Source: Chitinophagaceae bacterium (GTDB taxonomy: Bacteria; Bacteroidota; Bacteroidia; Chitinophagales; Chitinophagaceae). Taken from it: 28,256 nt of DNA. The position numbers and the translations under genes were made by a program. Under the pieces are notes generated by a model, which was not told the origin of the DNA, did not search any database, and was given only the letters and a program-made list of their open reading frames with translations. Below are positions 1-8,167 of the stretch, piece by piece. The stretch is taken from the NCBI GenBank assembly GCA_036383615.1, contig DASVNY010000082.1, forward strand, positions 1-28,256, written 5' to 3'. Within the stretch, counting starts at the first letter, position 1. Each line of letters starts with the position of its first letter.

Positions 1-213
1 AGAGAAGCCCAGCTTGACGAGAAAGATTCCTTCAACGAGTATCACATGGCTTTTGCTGAAGTAGAGACAACTTTCTTGCAAAGCAAAAAAACCGGCCGCT
101 GGTGGATGCAATTGCCCAACAAGAGTTATATCGCCTGTAGTTATAAAGATTATTTATTAGCCAGCAGCAATGAGATTCCTGAGCGGTGGTTGCGGGCGCA
201 GGAAAGAAGTTAG
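1..213 (+). CDS. 3' end of a gene cut by the window edge; resembles the C-terminus of Bacteroidota arginase/formimidoylglutamase-family proteins
   Basis: Frame 1 is open from base 1 to TAG at 211-213: REAQLDEKDSFNEYHMAFAEVETTFLQSKKTGRWWMQLPNKSYIACSYKDYLLASSNEIPERWLRAQERS. The SKKTGRWWM...CSYxDY...EIPERW pattern was recognised from memory. Confidence 0.6.
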   Translation, partial: REAQLDEKDSFNEYHMAFAEVETTFLQSKKTGRWWMQLPNKSYIACSYKDYLLASSNEIPERWLRAQERS

Positions 214-214
214 A

Positions 215-296
215 AAAATGTAAAATGTAGAATACAAAATTTAAAAGTGGGTGATTTACTTTTACATTTTATATTCCTTATTTTTTATTTTTCATT
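215..296. repeat. Inverted 7-nt-period repeat array (AAAATGT-like units, then TTACATT-like units)
   Basis: aaaatgt aaaatgt agaatac aaaattt aaaagtg (215-249), then tttactt ttacatt ttatatt ccttatt ttttatt tttcatt (255-296). Confidence 0.6.
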
Positions 297-306
297 AAAC
301 TATAAT

Positions 307-1356
307 ATGACACCTGTTATTCGTACTGGCATCTGTTCCTATGGCATGAGCGGTAAACTGTTTCATGCTCCATTTATCGAAGCACATCCCGGCTATGAAC
401 TGGCTGGTATTGTTGAAAGAAATAATAATGATTCAAGAGAGCGATATCCCAATAGCAAATTGTTTCGTTCTGTCGAAGAGTTGTGTGCGGATAAAGAACT
501 GCAATTAATTGTAGTGAACACGCCAACGCATTTGCATTTCGAACAGGCGAAACTGGTGTTGCAGTCTGGCAAGCACATGATAATAGAAAAACCTTTTGCT
601 ATCACGGTGAAGGAAGCAGAAGAGTTGACGGCTCTGGCCGAAAAAAATAACCTGTTCCTCAGTGTGTATCAAAACCGCCGCTATGATGGCGATTACCGTG
701 CTGTTAAAAATGTAGTAGAACAAAACCTGCTGGGGGAAATAAGGGAAGTTGAAATTCGTTATGACCGTTATCGTCCTGCATTCGGCGGCAAGGCACATAA
801 AGAAGGCCCAATGCCTGGGGCAGGGAACTTGTTTGATCTTTCACCGCACCTCGTTGACCAGGCTATTCAATTATTTGGTTTTCCTAAAGCAATGTTCGCC
901 GATCTTATCAAAATGAGAGATGATGTAGCCGTACCTGATTATTTTGAGATGCTTTTTTATTATGATCGCTTAAGAGTACGATTAAAGGCCACTGTTATAG
1001 CAAGAGAATCCATCTATGCTTATGTGTTACACGGTATGAAGGGAAGTTTCCTGCAACAGCGGTCAGACCAGCAGGAGCAGCAATTATTACTTGGCACAAA
1101 ACCCTCTTTTGAAAACTGGTGCCCTGCATTATCTTCACCCGATGGTTTGCTGCATACAGAGATCAATGGTGAGGTAGTAAGAAAAGAAACCACTTCCACT
1201 CCCGGTAACTATATGGGTTATTATGATGATATTTATAAAGCGTTGACGGGGCAGGGACCCAATCCTGTTCCGGCAGCGGATGGAATAAGGAACACAAGGA
1301 TCATTGAAGCAGCGCAGCAAAGTGTGGTGGAGAAAAGAATTATTAATTTTCAATAA
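307..1356 (+). CDS. Gfo/Idh/MocA family oxidoreductase (YdgJ/IolW-like)
   Basis: Rossmann start GICSYGMSGKLFHAP, EKP motif (IIEKPF), YQNRRYD and C-terminal HLVDQ. ATG 307 is preferred because the longer ORF start runs through the repeat array. Confidence 0.9.
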   Translation: MTPVIRTGICSYGMSGKLFHAPFIEAHPGYELAGIVERNNNDSRERYPNSKLFRSVEELCADKELQLIVVNTPTHLHFEQAKLVLQSGKHMIIEKPFAITVKEAEELTALAEKNNLFLSVYQNRRYDGDYRAVKNVVEQNLLGEIREVEIRYDRYRPAFGGKAHKEGPMPGAGNLFDLSPHLVDQAIQLFGFPKAMFADLIKMRDDVAVPDYFEMLFYYDRLRVRLKATVIARESIYAYVLHGMKGSFLQQRSDQQEQQLLLGTKPSFENWCPALSSPDGLLHTEINGEVVRKETTSTPGNYMGYYDDIYKALTGQGPNPVPAADGIRNTRIIEAAQQSVVEKRIINFQ

Positions 1357-1425
1357 TCAATATTCAATGCTCAATTCACATTTGAAAACGCCGTACCTCG
1401 TACTGCTTACCTCGTACTTGCTCGT
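1351..1425. repeat. 7-nt-period repeats overlapping the dacB start and signal peptide
   Basis: caataat caatatt caatgct caattca (1351-1378) and cgtacct cgtactg cttacct cgtactt (about 1391-1418), the latter encoding YLVLLTSYL. Confidence 0.6.
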
Positions 1426-2695
1426 TTCCTGTTCTGTTCAAAAGCAAATCGCAAAATCGGCAAAGGCAGATGTAATAAGTACTGCGCCATTCAAAGCCGC
1501 TCATCTTGGTATCAGTGTTTATGAACCAGCTACCGGAAAGTACTGGTACGATTACCAGGGTGATAAATATTTTGTGCCGGCCAGTAATACAAAAATCCCT
1601 ACCTGTTATGCGGCGATGAAATATTTGGGGGATAGTTTGATAGCTTTTACATATGATGAACTGCCTGACAGGGTTTACATTCAACCAAATGGAGATCCAA
1701 GTTTCTTATTACCAGAATTCAAAAACCAAGGAGCTTTTAATTTTCTAAATAAATTGAATAAGCCAATAAATATTGATCTAAGTGGCTGGAAATCCAGACC
1801 GCTTGGATCAGGGTGGACCTGGAACGACTATGAAGCAACCTATATGGCTGAAAGAAGTGCTATGCCTATATACGGAAATGTAATTAGCTTTTCTGGTCAA
1901 TTATCAAATCCTAAAATATTTCCGGCAAAAGCCGTTGCCTCAATCAAAGCTGATAGCATTAACTCATCTTCGTTTTTAAAAGAGGTTCATAGAGGCAAAG
2001 CCGACAACGACTACATGATAGTCGGTGGTGGAAAGACCTCTACTACCCAGGAGCTCACATTCGATACAGAAAACAGCAAAATAATAGCGCGGCTTTTAAG
2101 TGATACTTTAAAAATACCGGTTAGTTTTTCTTACCCAACATCGATTGTTCCTTATAAAATATCGCCTGACCGTTCTGTGAAAAGCCAACCCACAGATTCT
2201 CTCCTCAAGCCCATGATGCATCGCAGTGATAATTTTTTTGCAGAACAATCATTACTGATGGTAAGCAATAAACTGTTGGGTGTAATGAACGATTCAAAGA
2301 TCATTGACACATTACTTAAAACGGATTTTAAAGATCTTCCTCAAAAACCACGTTGGGCCGATGGCTCCGGGCTTAGCCGCTATAACCTATTTACACCGCA
2401 GGATTTTGTTGCCATCCTTAATAAGATGCAGAAAGAATTTCCGATGGAAAGGATCAAAACAATATTCGCTACAGGTGGTGAAGGGACCATTAGCAGTTAT
2501 TATAAAGCCGACAGCGGTTATATATATGCCAAAACAGGAACGCTTTCAGGAGTAGTTGCCTTCAGTGGTTTTCTCTATACCAAAAAAGGGAAGCTGCTTA
2601 TCTTCTCTACACTGGTAAATAATCACCAGGCTAATGTAACCGATATAAGAAGGGCCATTGAAAAATTCCTCAAGGGAATTCGTTCCCGATATTAA
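1367..2695 (+). CDS. dacB: D-alanyl-D-alanine carboxypeptidase/endopeptidase, peptidase S13 (PBP4), lipoprotein
   Basis: SxxK (PASNTK), SDN (HRSDNFFAE), KTG (AKTGTL), DGSGLSRYN and a lipobox (LLVSC). Confidence 0.92.
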   Translation: MLNSHLKTPYLVLLTSYLLVSCSVQKQIAKSAKADVISTAPFKAAHLGISVYEPATGKYWYDYQGDKYFVPASNTKIPTCYAAMKYLGDSLIAFTYDELPDRVYIQPNGDPSFLLPEFKNQGAFNFLNKLNKPINIDLSGWKSRPLGSGWTWNDYEATYMAERSAMPIYGNVISFSGQLSNPKIFPAKAVASIKADSINSSSFLKEVHRGKADNDYMIVGGGKTSTTQELTFDTENSKIIARLLSDTLKIPVSFSYPTSIVPYKISPDRSVKSQPTDSLLKPMMHRSDNFFAEQSLLMVSNKLLGVMNDSKIIDTLLKTDFKDLPQKPRWADGSGLSRYNLFTPQDFVAILNKMQKEFPMERIKTIFATGGEGTISSYYKADSGYIYAKTGTLSGVVAFSGFLYTKKGKLLIFSTLVNNHQANVTDIRRAIEKFLKGIRSRY

Positions 2696-2700
2696 GAGAG

Positions 2701-2781
2701 GAGGACACGGATGGCACGGATTTGAAGGATTTACACGGATTAAATCAGTGATAATCCGTTTGATCAGTGTTATCCGTGTTC
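2701..2781. repeat. Palindromic 9-nt-period element (CACGGAT units / ATCCGTG units)
   Basis: cacggat at 2706, 2715 and 2734, aaggat at 2725; inverted atcagtg/atccgtg at 2744, 2763 and 2772. Same layout as 19345-19460. Confidence 0.85.
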
Positions 2782-2877
2782 ATGCTCTGATCAGGACTAA
2801 ATGATAAGCTTGTGTTAGATCTTCATTCACCAATATGAAGAAGATCACTCTCTTGTTCCTTTGCTGTCAGCAATAGC

Positions 2878-4422
2878 TTATGGATTATAGAACTGCCATT
2901 TGCCATCCGGTTGAATAAGAATGGCGATCTCGCTCAAATCGCTTTCATTATTATTTTTTCCGACAGCCGTTACCACATAACGATAAGAAAACTGTTTGGA
3001 AGAAAGTGTATCGGTAAACGTGAAGCCCTCCGGTGTCATATGAAATTTGGAAATGTATTTGGGCACATTGCCAAACAACTCGGTATGTGATTCCACTGCA
3101 TACTTATATACCACATAATATTTGATCGGCACCCTGTTTCTCGGATCAGGAACAACCTTGAATTGTATTGCTGAATCCCTGATCGTTTTTTCTACTATCG
3201 GCGGCCAGGGTTTTTCATTATCAATCCAGCGCATCGGAGGGAGCAACGCCGGGTATTTATAATAATTCTCTCTCAAACTATCGGCCCAACCATTGGGGTT
3301 GCGTTCAAGCGGGCGACTGCTATAATATATGCTTCCCTGCACATTCGGGTATTTGCGTAATAACTTTATCTGGTTGGGGATCTCGTTCGGGTTCTGCCAG
3401 GCTGCTATATTCTCATACTTTTTATAAATACCATGCCCGACATAAATATGTTTGCCATAGCTGTTACGGCTCCACCAGTTCAGCATTTTTTCATAGGCTA
3501 CTTTATCATGCCCTATCTCGAAATAGATCTGTGGAGCTACATAGTCGATCCAGTCTTTTTGCAACCACAATAATATATCAGCATAGAGATCATCATAATT
3601 GGTTTGACCCGCTCTGGTGTCACTGCCTCTTACAGGATCTTTATCCTTATTTCTCCAAACACTAAAAGGTGAAATACCAAAACGGCAAAGCGGTTTTTCT
3701 TCTTTGATAGCGATACTCAGCTTGCGAATGATGCTGTCAACATTGCTGCGGCGCCAATCATCTTTGTTTAGTTTGCTTCCTGATCTTGCATAAGCGGCTG
3801 CATCAGGAAATTCTTTGCCGGGAATACGATAAGGATAGAAATAATCATCCATGTGAATAGCGTCAACATCATAACGCTTCACGATATCACGAACCACTTT
3901 TACCACAAAATCCTGCGCTTCGGTGTTGGATGGTTCAAAATATTTTTTGTCTCCGTAGGTAACAAACCATTCGGGATGAATACGTGTAACATGATTAGCG
4001 GCTATTGAAGAGGTGTTCACATTAAAAACAGCCCTGTAAGGATTTAACCACGCATGAAATTCCATTCCTCTTTTATGCGTTTCCTCGATCATGAACTGCA
4101 AAGGATCATAATAAGGAGATGGTGGTTTGCCCTGCACGCCTGTGAGCCACTGGCTCCAGGGTTCATAAGGAGAAGGATAAAAGGCATCACCGGCCGGTCT
4201 CACCTGCATTATGATAGCATTCATGCCATTTCGCTGGTGCATATCCAGCAAGCGTATAAAATCTGCTTTTTGTTGTTCAGGATCTGTGACTCCGCGCTGT
4301 GGCCAGTCGATATTTTCAACGGTAGCTATCCAAACTCCACGGAATTCATACTTTGGTTGGGCAAAAACGGAAACGAAAGAACTTGCTACTATCAGGAGGC
4401 AGGCAATGACGGATCTTTTCAT
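2878..4422 (-). CDS. Glycoside hydrolase-like family 10 (YddW/DigH-type) periplasmic hydrolase
   Basis: Signal peptide, EFRGVWIATVENIDWP, QVRPAGDAFYPS, EFHAWLNPYR, IHMDDYFYPY and WIDYVAPQIY. Confidence 0.9.
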   Translation of the reverse strand: MKRSVIACLLIVASSFVSVFAQPKYEFRGVWIATVENIDWPQRGVTDPEQQKADFIRLLDMHQRNGMNAIIMQVRPAGDAFYPSPYEPWSQWLTGVQGKPPSPYYDPLQFMIEETHKRGMEFHAWLNPYRAVFNVNTSSIAANHVTRIHPEWFVTYGDKKYFEPSNTEAQDFVVKVVRDIVKRYDVDAIHMDDYFYPYRIPGKEFPDAAAYARSGSKLNKDDWRRSNVDSIIRKLSIAIKEEKPLCRFGISPFSVWRNKDKDPVRGSDTRAGQTNYDDLYADILLWLQKDWIDYVAPQIYFEIGHDKVAYEKMLNWWSRNSYGKHIYVGHGIYKKYENIAAWQNPNEIPNQIKLLRKYPNVQGSIYYSSRPLERNPNGWADSLRENYYKYPALLPPMRWIDNEKPWPPIVEKTIRDSAIQFKVVPDPRNRVPIKYYVVYKYAVESHTELFGNVPKYISKFHMTPEGFTFTDTLSSKQFSYRYVVTAVGKNNNESDLSEIAILIQPDGKWQFYNP

Positions 4423-4459
4423 GTTTTCAGTTTGGGATCAATGAGTAAGTAAAAATACA

Positions 4460-4918
4460 TTATTCACTGCCATCCCGTGCTTTATCGAGGAGATTGCTAA
4501 GCATTTCAGCCTCTTTTTCAGATAAGTTTTGCAAAACGCCATCCATTTCCTGCTGCCGGGCATCCAGTTTCTCCAACAATTTTTGCCCTTTATCAGTGAT
4601 GATCACATCTACAAGGCGTCGATCTGATTTACAAACAACTTTTTTAACCAGTCCCTTGGCTATTAAACGATCAACAATACGGCTGGTATCGCTCATTTTT
4701 TCCAGCATTCTTTCCCTTATTTGTAAAGTAGAAAGTGGTTTAGGGAAACTTCCCCTGAGTATGCGAAGAATATTGAATTGCTGAGGGGTGATATCCTCTG
4801 CTTCAAAAATATGCCGGGTCCGCTCCCTCATCCACCCGATCGTAAAGATGAGGTTGATAGAAGCCTTTTGATAGACATTCCTGAATTTGGCCTGCTGTAT
4901 GTCTTTATCAATACCCAT
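4460..4918 (-). CDS. MarR family transcriptional regulator
   Basis: ITPQQFNILRILRG...SDTSRIVDRLIAKGLV...DRR winged helix. Start at 4918 (MGIDKD) is preferred; 4939 is possible. Confidence 0.9.
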   Translation of the reverse strand: MGIDKDIQQAKFRNVYQKASINLIFTIGWMRERTRHIFEAEDITPQQFNILRILRGSFPKPLSTLQIRERMLEKMSDTSRIVDRLIAKGLVKKVVCKSDRRLVDVIITDKGQKLLEKLDARQQEMDGVLQNLSEKEAEMLSNLLDKARDGSE

Positions 4919-4940
4919 AACTGTTTGCATAAACCACATT

Positions 4941-4962
4941 GATGATATTAGTAAATATTATC
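4941..4962. promoter_or_regulatory. Imperfect palindrome upstream of marR, a possible autoregulatory operator
   Basis: gatgatatt-agta-aatattatc; the arms match at 8 of 9 positions. Confidence 0.4.
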
Positions 4963-4988
4963 GCAGCGGTGTGTGTACTGGTAAAAGT

Positions 4989-5031
4989 AAAAAGTTTCGG
5001 GCTAAGCCAGTAGCCCTGCCCAAAACTTTTT
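4989..5031. terminator. Stem-loop with A and T tracts between the SnoaL gene and marR
   Basis: aaaaagtttcgggcta-agccag-tagccctgcccaaaacttttt. Confidence 0.55.
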
Positions 5032-5055
5032 GGATGAATCAGCTTCTTTGCCGTT

Positions 5056-5409
5056 TTAATTGTTGTAATAGAATTTCTCTTCAACGATCTTGCCATTCTT
5101 CCAGCGCTGAACGGCTATTTGGCGATAAGTACGCACTCCATAATCCTTATGCGTGTAATCAAACCACCATTCTGTAACTGCAAGATCATCACTCACCAGT
5201 GTATTCAGGATCTTAGCGTCGCGGAAATCTGTAAGGCCACCCACAAACGCTTCTTCATACTGGCGGTTAATATCCTTTCCTACACGGGCAGGATAATCAT
5301 TGTCCTGCATAACCACTTCTTCGGAATAAAATTTTTCAAACGCATCAAGGATCTTTCCTTCCAGCACCATCTGGTTGAGCTGGTCAACATTCGTTCTCAG
5401 ATCAGACAT
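5056..5409 (-). CDS. SnoaL-like / NTF2-fold protein
   Basis: 117 aa from MSDLRTN; AFEKFYSEEVVMQ, vicinal TEWWFDYTH and QRWKNGKIVEEKFYY. Confidence 0.85.
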   Translation of the reverse strand: MSDLRTNVDQLNQMVLEGKILDAFEKFYSEEVVMQDNDYPARVGKDINRQYEEAFVGGLTDFRDAKILNTLVSDDLAVTEWWFDYTHKDYGVRTYRQIAVQRWKNGKIVEEKFYYNN

Positions 5410-5451
5410 TGTAATATGTTTTAGTGTGTGATAAAATGAGAACACAAAATT

Positions 5452-5465
5452 AATGTTGTAACATT
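5452..5465. promoter_or_regulatory. Palindrome upstream of the SnoaL gene, candidate operator for the downstream MarR
   Basis: aatgttgtaacatt, self-complementary at 12 of 14 positions. Confidence 0.45.
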
Positions 5466-5530
5466 GAATATCCAAATAAATGTAGTTTTTCAAATAATCC
5501 TTAGCCATTCTTTAACATACGCATAGAGCA

Positions 5531-5705
5531 GGTCATATCAGTCATAGAAGTCATATTGGTCATAGGAGTCATATAAGTCATGGCAGTCATATCGGTCAAA
5601 TGGGTCATGCCAGTCATACAGCAGATTACTTGACCGATATGACCCGTTTGACTCCTATGACCATTTGACCACTATGGCCCTTTGCCCTCTATGACCAATA
5701 TGACC
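5531..5705. repeat. Large inverted 9-nt-period array (10 GTCA units, then 9 TGAC-like units)
   Basis: GTCA at exactly 5532, 5541, ... 5613 (period 9); TGAC/TGGC/TGCC at 5631, 5640, 5649, 5658, 5666, 5675, 5683, 5692 and 5701. Confidence 0.92.
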
Positions 5706-5706
5706 T

Positions 5707-6198
5707 CTATGCCTTTGCTTCTCTTCTTACTTCCGCTGCCAGTTTAAAGATGGTAAAGAGATGATGCGCTTCATGCAGTAAAAAGAAATGAAGCCACTGA
5801 ATAAGATTCATTGTTCCATACACAGGGTGAATAGCCGTTTTTTCATAATCCGACTCACGGAATGAAATAATTTCTGCTGCCATCTCCTTCCTTGTCGTTA
5901 TCATATCCTGCATGATCTCTCTTGATGATTTTTCGCAGTTATCAAGAAACAAAGGATCGCCTTCTGCAGAATAGCGATCGAATATAGGCGTCTTTCCTTC
6001 CAGCATTTGTTTCACCCTGCTGATAAATGTGTGCTGGTAGGTTTGTAAATGCACAATGTTTTCGAAGATGGACCATTTGCCGGGGACAATATGTCTCCTT
6101 ACCTGTTCATCTGTGAGACCATCAATAATATCCACTAATGATTTGTGCTGGTACTGAAGACGTGTAGAAACAGAAGAGGGGATTTGCATAGAATTCAT
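5707..6198 (-). CDS. DinB/YfiT family protein
   Basis: GKWSIFENIVHL, HPVYGTMNL and LHEAHHL metal-binding His pattern. Confidence 0.9.
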   Translation of the reverse strand: MNSMQIPSSVSTRLQYQHKSLVDIIDGLTDEQVRRHIVPGKWSIFENIVHLQTYQHTFISRVKQMLEGKTPIFDRYSAEGDPLFLDNCEKSSREIMQDMITTRKEMAAEIISFRESDYEKTAIHPVYGTMNLIQWLHFFLLHEAHHLFTIFKLAAEVRREAKA

Positions 6199-6224
6199 TT
6201 AAGGTTGAAACAGTCATCTTTTTT

Positions 6225-6300
6225 GAGCTACGAGCCGCGAGCTATTAGCTGCGAGACCAATAGTTCGAAAACGACCTTGAAGCCTCGAAGCTCATAGCTT
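6225..6300. repeat. Inverted 7-nt-period array (GAGCTAC-like / CTCGAAG-like)
   Basis: gagctac gagccgc gagctat tagctgc gag (6225-6255), then cttgaag(c) ctcgaag ctcatag ct (6276-6299). Confidence 0.75.
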
Positions 6301-6311
6301 TTAACTCCTAA

Positions 6312-6407
6312 TCATTGTTCCCAAACCTTTGTGCCTTCCGAACATCCTTCGCTTTGCTCAGGAGGACAGGGCGCTTACTGTTCCCAAACTTTGGTTCCTT
6401 CGGAACA
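6312..6407 (-). repeat. Direct duplication of the last 11 codons of the radical SAM gene, separated by 30 nt
   Basis: 6375-6407 and 6312-6344 both translate to CSEGTKVWEQ*; all 6 differences are at third codon positions. Confidence 0.9.
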
Positions 6408-7403
6408 GTTAGCACATATGTCGATATTCTTTCTGCCTTTTAGAATTTGCTTCCTGAATTTACTGTATTCCCCGTTTCTCCAGATCTCTTTGAATGATTT
6501 TTTCTTGAGGTCACCCAACTGGTGTTGCGCATCTTTATCAAAACAACAAGGTGCCACCAGGCCATCCCAGGTGATAACGGGATCATGCCAGAGCCGCCAG
6601 CAATGATTGGCCAATTTGCCTTTGAATTCATAACCCTTATCCGTTTTTCGATAACGACTAAACTTATCTATCGAAGGGATTAACTGGTTAGGGTCATTTT
6701 CATAATCATATACCTGAGCGGTTTTGAACCATACATCATCCACTCCTATTTCCTTTGCTAATTTCTTTACATCTTCAACCTGGTGTTCATTTGGTTTCAC
6801 CACTAAAAACTGGAAAACAACAAAGGGCTTTTTACTGTTTAATTCTTTTTTCCATTTCACAATATTCTTTGCTCCTTCGATCACTTTATCCAGTCTTCCT
6901 CCAACACGATATTGCTGATAGACCTCCTGCGTGGTGCCATCAATTGAAATGATCAACCTGTCTAAGCCGCTTTCGATCGTTCTTTTTGCATTAGCATCAT
7001 TCAGGTAATGTGCATTGGTAGATGTGGCCGTATAGATCTTTTTCTGTGAAGCATACTTAACCATATCCAAAAAATCAGGGTTCAGGTAGGGCTCACCCTG
7101 GAAATAGAAAACAAGATAGAGTAGCTCTTTATGCAGTTGGTCTATGGTTTCGCTGAAAAAATCTCTTTTCAGCATACCTGTTGGTCTTGTAAATGCCCGC
7201 AGCCCACTTGGGCATTCAGGGCAACGCAGGTTGCAGGAGGTAGTCGGCTCAAATGAAATGGAAAGCGGCAGACCCCATTGCACAGGTTTTTTTGTCCATT
7301 TACTGATATAATAACTGCTAAGCACTTTTATGCCATTCCAGGCACGGCGGGGAGTTATTTTGGACAAAAGATTAATGGTATCGTTCCTGTTCAACTTCGG
7401 CAT
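6375..7403 (-). CDS. Radical SAM protein with SPASM/twitch domain
   Basis: CNLRCPEC (CxxxCxxC), C-terminal CWRLW...APCCFD and ICANC. Confidence 0.92.
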   Translation of the reverse strand: MPKLNRNDTINLLSKITPRRAWNGIKVLSSYYISKWTKKPVQWGLPLSISFEPTTSCNLRCPECPSGLRAFTRPTGMLKRDFFSETIDQLHKELLYLVFYFQGEPYLNPDFLDMVKYASQKKIYTATSTNAHYLNDANAKRTIESGLDRLIISIDGTTQEVYQQYRVGGRLDKVIEGAKNIVKWKKELNSKKPFVVFQFLVVKPNEHQVEDVKKLAKEIGVDDVWFKTAQVYDYENDPNQLIPSIDKFSRYRKTDKGYEFKGKLANHCWRLWHDPVITWDGLVAPCCFDKDAQHQLGDLKKKSFKEIWRNGEYSKFRKQILKGRKNIDICANCSEGTKVWEQ

Positions 7404-7410
7404 CCGGAAT

Positions 7411-7418
7411 CAAAGTTA
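7411..7418 (-). promoter_or_regulatory. Bacteroidota -7 promoter box for the radical SAM gene
   Basis: TAACTTTG on the minus strand, 7 nt before the ATG at 7403. Confidence 0.5.
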
Positions 7419-7444
7419 AGTTGCTATCTTCAAACAGTCATCAA

Positions 7445-8167
7445 ATGAACCAAGCTCCTGCATACAGTATATTTTCTTCTGGCGATGCAGCATTGACCAT
7501 TGATTTTGGCAATGTGATAGACGTTTCTCTCAACGAAAAAGTAATGACGTTGTTCACCGCCTTGCAAAAACAACCTTTGCCAGGCATGATCGAAGCAGTG
7601 CCCGCTTATAGTTCACTTACCCTCTTTTATGATGTTGCAGCTATAAAAAAGAAAGCCGGTAAAGAGGCTTTGGCTTACGATTGGATAAAAGAACAATTAC
7701 AAAAACTGCTTGTCAATACAGCCGAAGCAAATGAGACCAGTTCAAGGTTTTTGCAAATACCGGTATGTTATGAAGCAGCTTTCGCACCGGGTATTAATGA
7801 ACTGGCTAATGCCAAAGGTTTGCCTATTGAAGAAATAATTTCATTGCATGCATCTAAAAAGTACCGGGTTTATATGCTCGGCTTCTTACCCGGTTTTGCC
7901 TATATGGGAGATGTGGATGAGCGAATAAGTATGCCCCGCAAAACCCAGCCTGAAAATGTTGTGGCAGGGAGTGTAGGAATTGCCGGCAAACAAACGGGTA
8001 TCTATCCATTAGCATCGCCCGGTGGTTGGTGCATTATCGGCAGAACGCCATTGAGATTATTTGACCCGGAAGGCGAAGGTGAATCATTATTTAAAGCAGG
8101 CGATACCGTACAATTCATTTCAATTACGCAAAATGAGTTTGAGAGTTATCAAAGGGGGCATTCTTGA
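7445..8167 (+). CDS. pxpB: 5-oxoprolinase subunit B
   Basis: GDAALTIDFG, EAVPAYSSL, VYMLGFLPGFAY, GSVGIAGKQTGIYP and SPGGWCIIGRT. Confidence 0.92.
   Translation: MNQAPAYSIFSSGDAALTIDFGNVIDVSLNEKVMTLFTALQKQPLPGMIEAVPAYSSLTLFYDVAAIKKKAGKEALAYDWIKEQLQKLLVNTAEANETSSRFLQIPVCYEAAFAPGINELANAKGLPIEEIISLHASKKYRVYMLGFLPGFAYMGDVDERISMPRKTQPENVVAGSVGIAGKQTGIYPLASPGGWCIIGRTPLRLFDPEGEGESLFKAGDTVQFISITQNEFESYQRGHS

Noticed and set aside
247-306. N-terminal extensions in the ORF track (Gfo/Idh/MocA, also araC 15438, ABC permease 23384, SnoaL 5508, hydrolase 26195)
   Set aside because: They are translations of intergenic repeats or promoter DNA; family homology starts at the downstream Met.
2835-2876. Tiny ORF MKKITLLFLCCQQ resembling a signal-peptide remnant
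   Set aside because: It is 13 codons with no continuation found in other frames and could arise by chance.
5531-5705. CRISPR array or small His-rich peptide gene
   Set aside because: Units are 9 nt with no spacers, the array is inverted, no cas genes are present, and there is no convincing start/stop context for a peptide.
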